Of a DNA stretch of 64,000 nt, positions 10,846-19,416 are shown piece after piece (positions within the stretch are counted from its first letter, which is position 1; every line of letters starts with the position of its first letter). Made by a program: the position numbers and the translations under genes. The stretch covers positions 704,001 through 768,000 of the forward strand of contig CAVWUU010000001.1 in the NCBI GenBank assembly GCA_963758295.1, read 5' to 3'. Origin of the DNA: Candidatus Eremiobacteria bacterium (GTDB lineage: Bacteria; Vulcanimicrobiota; Vulcanimicrobiia; Vulcanimicrobiales; Vulcanimicrobiaceae). A model generated the notes under the pieces. The model was not told the DNA's origin. It ran no database searches and saw nothing but the letters and a program-made list of their open reading frames with translations.

Positions 10846-12156
10846 TTAGTAGATGATTCCTATAGCGGTGCGCTCGAGAGCGTTGATCATGTACTCCGCG
10901 TGCGCGTATTGTTCGTGCAGGTTGAACTCGTGAAAAATACGCAACGCCTGGTTTAAACGGTTGACGCTGTCGCGGAGTTCATTCCGGTCGCGGACGCCGT
11001 CGGCCGCTTTCTGCAGCACCATCGTGGCGTACTTCAACGCGGTCTTTGCGAATTCGACTTCGTTATTGATAGCCGATAACTCGTGCATTGCAACGAGATA
11101 CGCGTCACGGGCCTCATCGTAGTTGCGGCGGCGGGTGGCTATCATGCCTTTGAGCACATTTTCCAGCGCGTCGCTGCGATTGCGGGAGTTAGCGAGCGCG
11201 CGATCGAGCGCTTGGCGAAGCGCCGGATCGCTTGTTGCCGGTCCCGTGTTAGGCGAAAAGGTTTTGAGCTGCTTTGCTTCTTGAACCGGCGCCGGGGACG
11301 GCCCACTTTCGTTCTGCATTGCCGCAGCGGCTTGCGGACCGAGCAAAGTGTAGATGTCGCCCAAGAATTCGCGCGCCGTCTGATAACGGCGGCCCGGATC
11401 TTTTTCCATCGCCCGCATGATGACGTGTTCGAGCGCTTCGGGGATGTTGCGGTTGATTTCGCGCGGCGGCGTAGGGAGATCGTGCACGTGCGAATACATC
11501 GTTGCGACGATGTCGTCGCGATCGTTGCGGAACGGCAGCGTGCCGGTGAAAATTTCGTACATCACGATGCCGACCGAATAGAGATCGCTGCGCACGTCGG
11601 CCGGTTTGCTCAAGAACCGCTCCGGAGCAAGATACGATATCGTGCCGACGATCTGTCCTGTCCGAGTGGTTTGGGTCACTTCGCTTGCGCGGCGCGCAAG
11701 GCCGAAATCGGTGAGCTTCGTGTGCTTCCCGTCTTCCACGATCATGATGTTCGACGGCTTGATGTCGCGGTGCAAGATGCCTTGCGAATTCGCGTAGTCC
11801 AGCGCCTCGAGCACTTCGCCGATGTAGACGAGCGCCTGACGATATCCGAGTTCGCCGCCTTCCAATTGCGAGAGCGTCTTGCCTCGCACCAGCTCCATGA
11901 CGATGTGCGGAATGCCGTTGTCGTCGCCCGCGTCGTAGACGGCAACGATCCGTGGGTGATTCAGACGCGCCATCGCGCGCGCTTCCATGAGGAGACGCGA
12001 GTTCGTCTCGTCGGAGCGTTCGATCAGCACTTTGACCGCAACGTCGCGGTGAAGCGTTTTATCGACTGCACGGTACGTGTCTGCCGTACCGCCGCGACCT
12101 AAGAGCTCAGCGATCTCGTATCGACCGCTGAGAATCCGTCCTTGGAGTGACTCCAC
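10846..12156 (-). CDS. Hanks-type Ser/Thr protein kinase with soluble helical C-terminal domain
   Basis: LGRGG, VAVK, HRDIKPSN, DFG, YLAPE, SDLYSVG; no TM or PASTA repeats seen. Confidence 0.92.
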   Translation of the reverse strand: MESLQGRILSGRYEIAELLGRGGTADTYRAVDKTLHRDVAVKVLIERSDETNSRLLMEARAMARLNHPRIVAVYDAGDDNGIPHIVMELVRGKTLSQLEGGELGYRQALVYIGEVLEALDYANSQGILHRDIKPSNIMIVEDGKHTKLTDFGLARRASEVTQTTRTGQIVGTISYLAPERFLSKPADVRSDLYSVGIVMYEIFTGTLPFRNDRDDIVATMYSHVHDLPTPPREINRNIPEALEHVIMRAMEKDPGRRYQTAREFLGDIYTLLGPQAAAAMQNESGPSPAPVQEAKQLKTFSPNTGPATSDPALRQALDRALANSRNRSDALENVLKGMIATRRRNYDEARDAYLVAMHELSAINNEVEFAKTALKYATMVLQKAADGVRDRNELRDSVNRLNQALRIFHEFNLHEQYAHAEYMINALERTAIGIIY

Positions 12157-12178
12157 TACCCTGCTCTGTCCATAGCGA

Positions 12179-12520
12179 CTAAAAGGCGTTTCGATGGAGA
12201 CATAGGCGATTACCGTCTATTGCGACCACGTCGAAGCGGAATTGCCGTCCGGGCGCTACGATTTGAGCGTAATCGGCGGCAACAGTCCTAAGCCGGGTGC
12301 GTTTACGCCGGTCGACGGCTGCCAGGGCGGTACCGAAACGCGTTCCGTCGCGTCTCTTCACTTCGACGAATACCAGGGTGCCGCGGTCCAGGCACAGCAG
12401 GTCGACTTCGCCGCCGGGCAATCGAAGATTTCGCCGCAGAACTCGATATCCGCGGCCCTCGAGGAAAACTTCAGCGCGTCGTTCACCCTCGCGCCCCTTC
12501 GAGCTCGTACTCGGCTTCAT
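12179..12520 (-). CDS. yraN: YraN family (UPF0102) putative endonuclease
   Basis: GE..A..FL..GY.VL.RN, GEVDL, LVFVEVK, RFDVVAI; follows rnhB. Confidence 0.92.
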   Translation of the reverse strand: MKPSTSSKGREGERRAEVFLEGRGYRVLRRNLRLPGGEVDLLCLDRGTLVFVEVKRRDGTRFGTALAAVDRRKRTRLRTVAADYAQIVAPGRQFRFDVVAIDGNRLCLHRNAF

Positions 12521-13223
12521 GCACGTCGTCTGCGTTTTCGCCGGCGGCCAGCAAGAGCTCGAGTTGCGCGGCCTTTACACGCGCGAACGCTGCGCGATGA
12601 TGAACGCTTGGGCCATGCTGCTTCAAGGCGTTGATGTGCAGCGGCGTGGCGTACCCCTTGTGAATTGCAAACCCATATCGTGGATCTTCACGATCCAATT
12701 CCGCGAGCATCCCGTCGCGGTGAACCTTCGCGAGAATGGAAGCGGCGGAAATAACCGCGCAAATGGCGTCGCCTTTGATCAAAGGCTCTTGCGGGCCCGC
12801 GAACGACTTGATGCGTACGGCGTCGGTAAAGAGATATTCGATCGGACCGCAGCTGACGGCGGCGATTGCGCGTTCCATCGCGAGCACGCTTGCCCAATAG
12901 ATGTTCAGCTTATCGATTTCGGCGACCGTCGCGACGCCGATTGCCCAGCCCGTTGCTCTCGCGCGGATCTCAACCGCGAGCTCTTTCCGTACTTCCGGAC
13001 GCACTTGCTTCGAATCGTTCAAGCCTTTGAGCATCAACGGCTCTTCGGCGACGACGCAAGCTGCGACGACCGGTCCGGCGAGCGGACCGCGGCCCGCTTC
13101 ATCCACGCCGCCGATCAGCCGGAAGCCCCTTTCGCGCGCGGCGACTTCGTAGAGATGCAAGCGGTGCAGTCTGCGCCGCTCTCTTTCGTAGGCGTTCTTG
13201 GCTTTACGTTGCTTCGGCGTCAT
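12483..13223 (-). CDS. rnhB: ribonuclease HII
   Basis: GVDEAGRGPLAGPV, LNDSK, KGDA..ISAASILAKV.RD, HKGY.T..H. Confidence 0.96.
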   Translation of the reverse strand: MTPKQRKAKNAYERERRRLHRLHLYEVAARERGFRLIGGVDEAGRGPLAGPVVAACVVAEEPLMLKGLNDSKQVRPEVRKELAVEIRARATGWAIGVATVAEIDKLNIYWASVLAMERAIAAVSCGPIEYLFTDAVRIKSFAGPQEPLIKGDAICAVISAASILAKVHRDGMLAELDREDPRYGFAIHKGYATPLHINALKQHGPSVHHRAAFARVKAAQLELLLAAGENADDVHEAEYELEGARG

Positions 13224-14014
13224 CGGGTGCTTCCAGACTCAGTCTTCCGAACGTTCCGTCATTGAACGCCCGGATGTAAGATTGCGCCGCGTTGTGGTAA
13301 TCGACCTCGCCGCCTCGGCGCGCAAACCCCCTAGCTTTTGCAAAGCTTTCCAAATCCGGAACGCTGGTGCGGCCGCCGGTTTTGTCCACAAGCCACCGGT
13401 GGAAGAACACGGAAACTTCTTCCGGATCGTAGCGCTCGCGCGGGACGGCGCCGATGAGCGCAAGCTTCCATTGAGAGTCCGGGGTCGCGATTTTCGGCAC
13501 GAGGATGCCGGGCGTGTCCATTAATTCGATGTTCGACGCGAGCCGGAACCACTGTAACTGGCGCGTAACGCCGGCGCGATCTTCCGTTTTTGCGGCGGCC
13601 CGCTTGAGCAGGCCGTTGATGATCGACGACTTTCCCGGAATTCGGAAGACCGACGATTATCAGGCGCGATTGCCCTTTGCGTTCTTTCGCTAGACGCGTA
13701 ACCTCAGCGAGAATCCGTCCCACGCTCTGCTGCTGCCGCCCTTCGGTAGCAATAGCGTAACGCTGGCGCGCCGCGAGGTCGGCGATCCACGCTTTCGTGG
13801 TTGCGGGATCGGCGAGATCATCGCGATTGAGAACCGTGAGCCGGCGTCGATTGCCGATTAGCGCGTCCAGCATTGGGTTGGCGTCGCTGCGCGGCGCCCG
13901 CGCATCGATCACTTCCACGACGATATCGATGAGTTTGAGATACTCGCCGATCTTGCGCATCGCCCGGACCATGTGGCCCGGATACCATTGGACGACGCGT
14001 TCGAGTTCGTTCAC
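13204..14014 (-). CDS. rbgA: ribosome biogenesis GTPase RbgA/YlqF; one extra base in the G1 motif near 13635
   Basis: VQWYPGHM, DARAP, GLPNSGK(S), DTPG; the two ORF fragments join on removing one G. Confidence 0.9.
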
Positions 14015-14018
14015 GAAG

Positions 14019-14510
14019 CTACAGGGCGCCGACGGCCGCAAGCGGCCAAATGCCGGCAAGGCCGCGGCCCATCAGGTGATCGTCCGCCACCGGTCCGAAA
14101 AAGCGCGAATCTTCGCTGTTCGCACGATTGTCGCCGAGAACGTAAACGGAATTCGGGGGGACGGTAAGTTGAGCGAAGCTTCGCTTGTCTTCGAAGCGCA
14201 CATAGGGCTCGCTTAACGCGGTGCCGTTTACGTAAACTTCGCCGCGATCGATGCGGACGGTGTCGCCGGGAAGTGCAACCACGCGTTTGATATATGTTTC
14301 CGGTGTATCGCCGTCGTGGCGGAATGCGACGATGTCGCCGCGCTTGGGCTGCCCGAAACGGTACGCCAGCGTGTTTATGACGACGTACTCGCCGGAACTA
14401 ATGTGCGGCTCCATCGACAGCCCGGAAACTTGCGGAGTGCGGATGAAAAACGCGGCGATCAAAACGCCGAGGATCGCAAGCTGCAGCGCCAAACTCGCTA
14501 GCGAGCGCAT
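14019..14510 (-). CDS. lepB: signal peptidase I, short paralog 3
   Basis: SGLSMEP (catalytic Ser), YIKRVVALPGD (Lys), GDNRANSEDSR. Confidence 0.92.
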   Translation of the reverse strand: MRSLASLALQLAILGVLIAAFFIRTPQVSGLSMEPHISSGEYVVINTLAYRFGQPKRGDIVAFRHDGDTPETYIKRVVALPGDTVRIDRGEVYVNGTALSEPYVRFEDKRSFAQLTVPPNSVYVLGDNRANSEDSRFFGPVADDHLMGRGLAGIWPLAAVGAL

Positions 14511-14568
14511 GTGCGGGAGCCGAACCACGCTCCTTGATTCGGCACTACCGAATCAAGAAACCTCGAAG

Positions 14569-15306
14569 CTAGTGGAGAATTTTCGCCTGCGCAAGCGGCC
14601 AAAAGATCACGAACGCGCGACCGGTGAAGCCCGCTTTCTCTCCGGCACGCGGTCCGCTTGCAAACGTGCCCGTATCTTCGGCGAAGCCCCAGATGTGCGA
14701 ATCTTCCGAATCATTCCGGTTGTCGCCCATCATGAAGTAGCAATTCGCGGGGATGCGGTTGGGCGCGCTCCACTGTGATTTCGGCGGAATGTTCGCTTGC
14801 GACGGGTCGAGCGAGTGCCACCCGAAGCCGTCGTTGACGTAGACCCCATAGTCGCGCACTTCAAGGTCGTAGCTCGGCTGTTGCGCGATGTACGGCTCGT
14901 TCAGCGCCTTTCCGTTTATGTAAACCACGCCTTTACTGATCTTGAACGTATCGCCCGGCACGCCGATGACGCGTTTGATGAAGTCATCCGGCGTCGGAAT
15001 CGGCGGCGGGAAGACCACGACGTCGCCTTCGTGCGGCTCGTGGAAGCGGTATTCGAACTTGTCGACGAGGAGCACGTCATGCACTTGAAGCGTGGGCACC
15101 ATAGATGCCGAGGGAATGTAATAGGTGCGAGCGACGAACGTGATCAGCACCCAGGCGGCTATGCCCGCATAAATGAACGGATCGAGATATTCGCGCGCGA
15201 TCGAGCGGCTTCGTCCGCTGGATGCAGTCGCAACCGGCCGTACGGTAAGGACCGCGCGGGCGACGGCGATGATGGCTACGAGTCCGAGCAATTGATACGG
15301 TGTCAT
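14569..15306 (-). CDS. lepB: signal peptidase I, paralog 2
   Basis: IPSASMVPTL, FIKRVIGVPGD, GDNRNDSEDSH; two N-terminal TM helices. Confidence 0.93.
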   Translation of the reverse strand: MTPYQLLGLVAIIAVARAVLTVRPVATASSGRSRSIAREYLDPFIYAGIAAWVLITFVARTYYIPSASMVPTLQVHDVLLVDKFEYRFHEPHEGDVVVFPPPIPTPDDFIKRVIGVPGDTFKISKGVVYINGKALNEPYIAQQPSYDLEVRDYGVYVNDGFGWHSLDPSQANIPPKSQWSAPNRIPANCYFMMGDNRNDSEDSHIWGFAEDTGTFASGPRAGEKAGFTGRAFVIFWPLAQAKILH

Positions 15307-15319
15307 TTCCACTTCGTCA

Positions 15320-16057
15320 TTAGTGCAGAATGCTGATTCGATTCAGCGGCCAAAAAATGGTGAACGCGCGTCCAGCGAATGAGGCTTGTGCGTCCCGGTG
15401 CGCGAGCGGCCCGGACGCATAGCGTCCTCGCAACTGCGCGAATCCCCATACATGCGAGTCATCGGAGTAATTCCGGTTATCGCCGAGCATGAAGAAATAT
15501 CCGTTCGGGATGCGGTCGGGAGCGCTCCATTGCGACTTCGGCGGCACATTCGCGGTGGCCGGATCGAGCGCCGTCCCGTTAACGTAAATGGTGTAATCCC
15601 TGATCTCCAGATCGTATGCCGGCAACTCGTTTTCGTAGGGCTCTACGAGCGCCTTGCCGTCACGGTACACCGTACCGCCGGAAATACGAATGGTGTCACC
15701 TGGCACGCCGATCACGCGCTTGACGAATTCGTCCCCGTTGGAATCGATGGGCGGCATGAAGACCGCGACGTCGCCGGCGTGAGGCGGATGGATGCGGTAC
15801 TCGAGCTCATCGACCAGTAAGACGTCGCCGATGCGCAGCGTGGGAACCATCGAAATGGACGGAATATAGAAGGTTCGGATTACGAAGGTGATGAGAAGCA
15901 ACGCCGCTAGTCCGGCGACGATGAACGCGTCCAGGTAGTCGCGCAAAGTAGCAACGGCCGACGACTGATTGTCGTCGGCCGTTATGGATTTTATACTCAG
16001 CGCAGCCCGAGCCACCGCGAAAACCACGACGAGCCCAAGCAGTTGCAGCGGGGTCAG
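15320..16057 (-). CDS. lepB: signal peptidase I, paralog 1; probable CTG start at 16057 (first GTG is 16027)
   Basis: IPSISMVPTL, FVKRVIGVPGD, GDNRNYSDDSH; N-terminus aligns to paralog 2 from codon 16057. Confidence 0.92.
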   Translation of the reverse strand: MTPLQLLGLVVVFAVARAALSIKSITADDNQSSAVATLRDYLDAFIVAGLAALLLITFVIRTFYIPSISMVPTLRIGDVLLVDELEYRIHPPHAGDVAVFMPPIDSNGDEFVKRVIGVPGDTIRISGGTVYRDGKALVEPYENELPAYDLEIRDYTIYVNGTALDPATANVPPKSQWSAPDRIPNGYFFMLGDNRNYSDDSHVWGFAQLRGRYASGPLAHRDAQASFAGRAFTIFWPLNRISILH

Positions 16058-16065
16058 GGCCGTTG

Positions 16066-16416
16066 TTACTTGGTCGCCTTTTTTTCCTTGATGCGCGCGG
16101 CTTTACCGATCTTATCGCTCAAGTAATACAGGCGGCTGCGGCGTACGATACCGCGCTTGCTGACTTCGATTTTTTCGACGCGGGGGCTGTGCACGAGAAA
16201 CGTCTTTTCGACGCCGACGCCGTGCGCAACGCGACGAACCGTGATCGATTCGTGCGCGCCGCCGCCCTTGCGAACGGTGACCACACCCTCGAACATCTGC
16301 GTGCGCTCTTTGCCGCCCTCGACGACCTTGGAAAAGACCTTAACCGTGTCACCGGAACGAAATTCCGGGACGACTTCTTTCAGCTGCTCGCGGTTCAGGA
16401 CATCGATCACGTTCAT
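16066..16416 (-). CDS. rplS: 50S ribosomal protein L19
   Basis: [44 protein letters not shown]. Confidence 0.98.
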   Translation of the reverse strand: MNVIDVLNREQLKEVVPEFRSGDTVKVFSKVVEGGKERTQMFEGVVTVRKGGGAHESITVRRVAHGVGVEKTFLVHSPRVEKIEVSKRGIVRRSRLYYLSDKIGKAARIKEKKATK

Positions 16417-16450
16417 GGCAAAAATATCTCAAGTTTCGGACGAACGAATA

Positions 16451-16566
16451 GCCGGGGCGCTGGCTCCGGCATTAAGCCACTTTGCGCATCTTGCGCGTGG
16501 CTATATCTCGCACGTCGTGTGCGAGACAACCCCGGCATGGTATCACGGCTCGGGGTTCTCGGGCAA
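16451..16566 (-). promoter_or_regulatory. rplS promoter (TTGCCC-N18-TACCAT, extended TG) and structured 5' leader
   Basis: -35 at 16566-16561, -10 at 16542-16537; stems 16506-13/16519-26, 16475-80/16497-502, 16451-57/16530-36. Confidence 0.55.
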
Positions 16567-17250
16567 GTCCTTTGCGAGCAGATCCCGGCGCCGCGCCGCG
16601 GTGCGGTCTCGCGACTGCTGGCGCCGCCATTCGGCGATCTTTGCGTGGTTGCCCGAGAGGAGGACTTCGGGCACGGAGATGCCGCGGAAGATGGCCGGAC
16701 GGGTGTAGCTTGGGTAATCGAGCGCCCCCGCGGCAAAGGATTCGGCCTCGGCGGATTCCTTGCGGATTGCCCCTTCCAGCAGGCGGACGGTCGCATCCAT
16801 AAAGGCCAACGCCGGCAGTTCTCCGCCGGTCAGAACGAAATCTCCGAGCGAGAACTCTTCAATCGGGTAGAGCTCGGTCAATCGCTCGTCGACCCCCTCG
16901 TAATGGCCGCAGACCAGCACCAAGCGGTTCAGGGCGGCGAAACGCTCCGCGTCCGCCTGGACGAAGGGCCGGCCACTCGGAGACGGCACCGCGATCACGC
17001 GTCGTTCATCGGCCGGCGCGCTTCCGATGATCTCATCCAGGACGCGGGCGAGGGGTTCGATGCACAAAACCATTCCCGCGCCTCCACCGAACGGCTCGCC
17101 ATCCGCCCGCTCCTTGCCCGACAAGGCATCTAAGAGATGATGGTAGCGGACGTCCACGACGCCGGCCTCCACGGCGCGTCCGACGATCGAAAGTCCGACG
17201 AACGGTGCGAAGACTTCCGGAAAGAGCGTGACGACGTCGATAGTAAACAT
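16543..17250 (-). CDS. trmD: tRNA (guanine37-N1)-methyltransferase
   Basis: VTLFPE, PFGGGAGMV, CGHYEGVDER, SLGDFVLTGGE, YTRP, VPEVLLSGNH. Confidence 0.97.
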   Translation of the reverse strand: MFTIDVVTLFPEVFAPFVGLSIVGRAVEAGVVDVRYHHLLDALSGKERADGEPFGGGAGMVLCIEPLARVLDEIIGSAPADERRVIAVPSPSGRPFVQADAERFAALNRLVLVCGHYEGVDERLTELYPIEEFSLGDFVLTGGELPALAFMDATVRLLEGAIRKESAEAESFAAGALDYPSYTRPAIFRGISVPEVLLSGNHAKIAEWRRQQSRDRTAARRRDLLAKDLPENPEP

Positions 17251-17262
17251 AGGGACTCACTC

Positions 17263-17745
17263 GTGTTCAAGCTTTTCTCGCGTTTCGCATCCTCCACGCT
17301 GCCTACGGAGCCGCGCGCTCGCGCATTGGCTTTGCTAAAGCGCGGCCGCTTCGACGAAGCGGCTGAAGCGTTCGATGCACTTCTGGGCGGCGAACAGGCG
17401 CCGGCCGAGCGGGCCTTTCTGCACAACAAGCGCGGCGTGGCGCATGCGCGCGCCGGACGCGCCGCCGACGCGCGGCCGGATTTTGAAGACGCGCTTGCAG
17501 CCGTGGCAACCTACGCGCCGGCGCTCGCGAATCTTGGAAACCTCGCCCTCGAATCCGGCGACGTCCACGAAGCGGTGGCACGCTATGAGGCGGCGATCTC
17601 GGCCGACGGAGAGTACGCGGTTGCGCACTTCAACCTCAGCGCAGCTTACAAGCGCCAAGGGCGGTATGCCGACGCCGTGCGGGCGTTGAAGACGGCTCAG
17701 CGACTGGAGGGTCGGGCAAGCCGGAAGCCAAGGTCGCGCACATGA
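17263..17745 (+). CDS. tetratricopeptide repeat protein
   Basis: TPR motifs (LHNKRGVAH, ALANLGNL, AHFNLSAAY); GTG 17263 is the first start clear of trmD. Confidence 0.8.
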   Translation: MFKLFSRFASSTLPTEPRARALALLKRGRFDEAAEAFDALLGGEQAPAERAFLHNKRGVAHARAGRAADARPDFEDALAAVATYAPALANLGNLALESGDVHEAVARYEAAISADGEYAVAHFNLSAAYKRQGRYADAVRALKTAQRLEGRASRKPRSRT

Positions 17746-18251
17746 GTGACGTCGCGGAGCAGATCGCCCTTTCTGGCGAGCTGCTGCAGCTATTGCGGGG
17801 CGCGGCGAATCACGCGGTTGGCTTGCGCGAGCCGTTCGTCACTATGCGAGCCTTGTTGCTGGCCATGCTTGACGACCCGCAGTTGGGCAAGAGCCTACAA
17901 GACGTCATCCCGCGTGAAAAGCTCGAAGAGTACGAAGTCGACGCCGAAGCGGCGGCGCGCATGACGGCCTCGCGCATTTCGGAAACCGGTTTACAGAGCG
18001 GCGAGCGCGCCGCGCTGCTTCGCTTTAATACGCTTGCGTTTAAAACCGAAGACGGCTCGCGCAGCGTGTGGTTGAGCCGCGAAGCCCACACGGCATTTCT
18101 TTCCGGCGCCCAGCGCGTAAGCGAGGGATGCGCTTACCTGCCGCTTCATCTCGCGCAAGGCATTGCTGCCGACGCCGTGCGAGCCCCGGGCTTATTGACG
18201 GCGTTGAAGGTTGAACCCGGCGCAGTGATCGACGCCGTAATGAAACTTTAG
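17742..18251 (+). CDS. hypothetical protein resembling a stand-alone Clp N-terminal repeat domain
   Basis: Two similar helical repeats (A..A..L..PFVTMRALLLAML; A.R....YLPLHLAQGI); ATGA overlap with the TPR gene. Confidence 0.5.
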   Translation: MSDVAEQIALSGELLQLLRGAANHAVGLREPFVTMRALLLAMLDDPQLGKSLQDVIPREKLEEYEVDAEAAARMTASRISETGLQSGERAALLRFNTLAFKTEDGSRSVWLSREAHTAFLSGAQRVSEGCAYLPLHLAQGIAADAVRAPGLLTALKVEPGAVIDAVMKL

Positions 18252-18718
18252 CGCTTCGTCGTTTCGACGGCCGTGAGTTCTTCGAGATACTCGAAGAGCT
18301 GCGGCAAGGTAATCTTTTCGAGGCCGGTTTGTTCGCGGATGCGATCGCCATCTTCGCCTTCGTCGCGGATATAGCAGCGCGTTTCGACGCCGTTTTCGCT
18401 TTCGCTGATGAACGACACGGCAAAACCGCGCCCGGGCATCTCGTCATAGATGCGCATCGTTTGCGGGTTCAAGATTTCGATCGAGTGAGATTGATTGTTC
18501 GCATCGAAGATCAAGATCTTCAGGTGCTCGTAATTGGTAACTTCGATGAGGCCGACGACGAAGACGTTTTTGGCCGAGAAGAACTCATGGCCGCGTTTAC
18601 TGCGGCTCGAAACTTCATAAAAGACCCTATGAGCAACGAACCGGTTCAGGATCTTGCGTAAGGTAGCTAACGAGGCGAGCGTTTCGGTCCGGTTGCCTCG
18701 CGTATAGATGATCTTCAC
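18248..18718 (-). CDS. hypothetical protein
   Basis: Protein-like 156 aa ORF filling the gap; no family recognised; start GTG 18718 or 18739. Confidence 0.65.
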   Translation of the reverse strand: MKIIYTRGNRTETLASLATLRKILNRFVAHRVFYEVSSRSKRGHEFFSAKNVFVVGLIEVTNYEHLKILIFDANNQSHSIEILNPQTMRIYDEMPGRGFAVSFISESENGVETRCYIRDEGEDGDRIREQTGLEKITLPQLFEYLEELTAVETTKR

Positions 18719-18799
18719 GGCGGACGATGAAGCTTGCACGGCTGTGGAAGGGGAACCTTCTCACGCTCCCTTTCACCCTTCCGGTAGAATAGCGATACG

Positions 18800-19042
18800 A
18801 TGTTTTCCGTCCCGGATATCATGGTCGTTTCCGTCCTGGCGCTGCTGCTCTTTGGACCGGACAAGCTCCCGCAGATGATGCGCCAAGCCGGCCGCGTGAT
18901 GCGGGAAGTCCAGAATACGTCCCAGTCGTTCATTGCGGAGATGGAGCGCGCGGCCGACGTTAACGAGCCGGCCCACAACGCGCCCGCTGCGCCGCCCCTG
19001 CGCCCGTGGAACCGCCGCCGCAACTCGAGCGCTAAGGCATGA
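18800..19042 (+). CDS. tatB: twin-arginine translocase TatA/TatB family subunit
   Basis: TM then FGPDKLP and amphipathic helix; TatA versus TatB not certain. Confidence 0.75.
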   Translation: MFSVPDIMVVSVLALLLFGPDKLPQMMRQAGRVMREVQNTSQSFIAEMERAADVNEPAHNAPAAPPLRPWNRRRNSSAKA

Positions 19043-19047
19043 AAGAA

Positions 19048-19073
19048 GAAAACCCGCTCTAAGGCGGGTTTTC
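19048..19073. terminator. bidirectional intrinsic terminator-like hairpin
   Basis: GAAAACCCGC-tctaag-GCGGGTTTTC between convergent genes. Confidence 0.7.
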
Positions 19074-19100
19074 GAGCTTTGTTCCGGCGAGGTTCGCGAT

Positions 19101-19385
19101 TTAGATATTGAAGTTCGAGCGGATCTCGTTGATGCGCTGCTGCACCATGCCGCGCACCTGCGTGTGCAGGCGCTCTTTCTGATCTTCGGGGAGCCGGCGG
19201 TACACGAAGTATCCGGCGGCCGAAACGAGTCCGCCCAGAACGCCGACTAAGAGCGCTTTGCCGACTTCGTTTTCCTCTTGGCTTTCGCTCGGGGGTTCCG
19301 ATCCGAACGCGCTTTGGTATCCGCTGCCGGATTGACTTGTGCCGGACCACGGTTGTTCCGGGGTGGTTCGGAAACTGTCGGACAT
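19101..19385 (-). CDS. small single-TM protein, YtxH-like
   Basis: AGGAGG SD before ATG 19385; Gly-rich TM (LLVGVLGGLVSAAGYFVY) then helical tail. Confidence 0.6.
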   Translation of the reverse strand: MSDSFRTTPEQPWSGTSQSGSGYQSAFGSEPPSESQEENEVGKALLVGVLGGLVSAAGYFVYRRLPEDQKERLHTQVRGMVQQRINEIRSNFNI

Positions 19386-19416
19386 GCGTGCCTCCTGTTC
19401 GGTCATGACGGTTATA

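Noticed and set aside
13631..13638. Programmed frameshift in rbgA or other broken genes
   Set aside because: No shared slippery motif; many scattered insertions fit sequencing error better
19290..19330. YQSAFGS in the gene after prp as a Prp cleavage site
   Set aside because: Spacing and residues do not fit the L27 LQxFA motif
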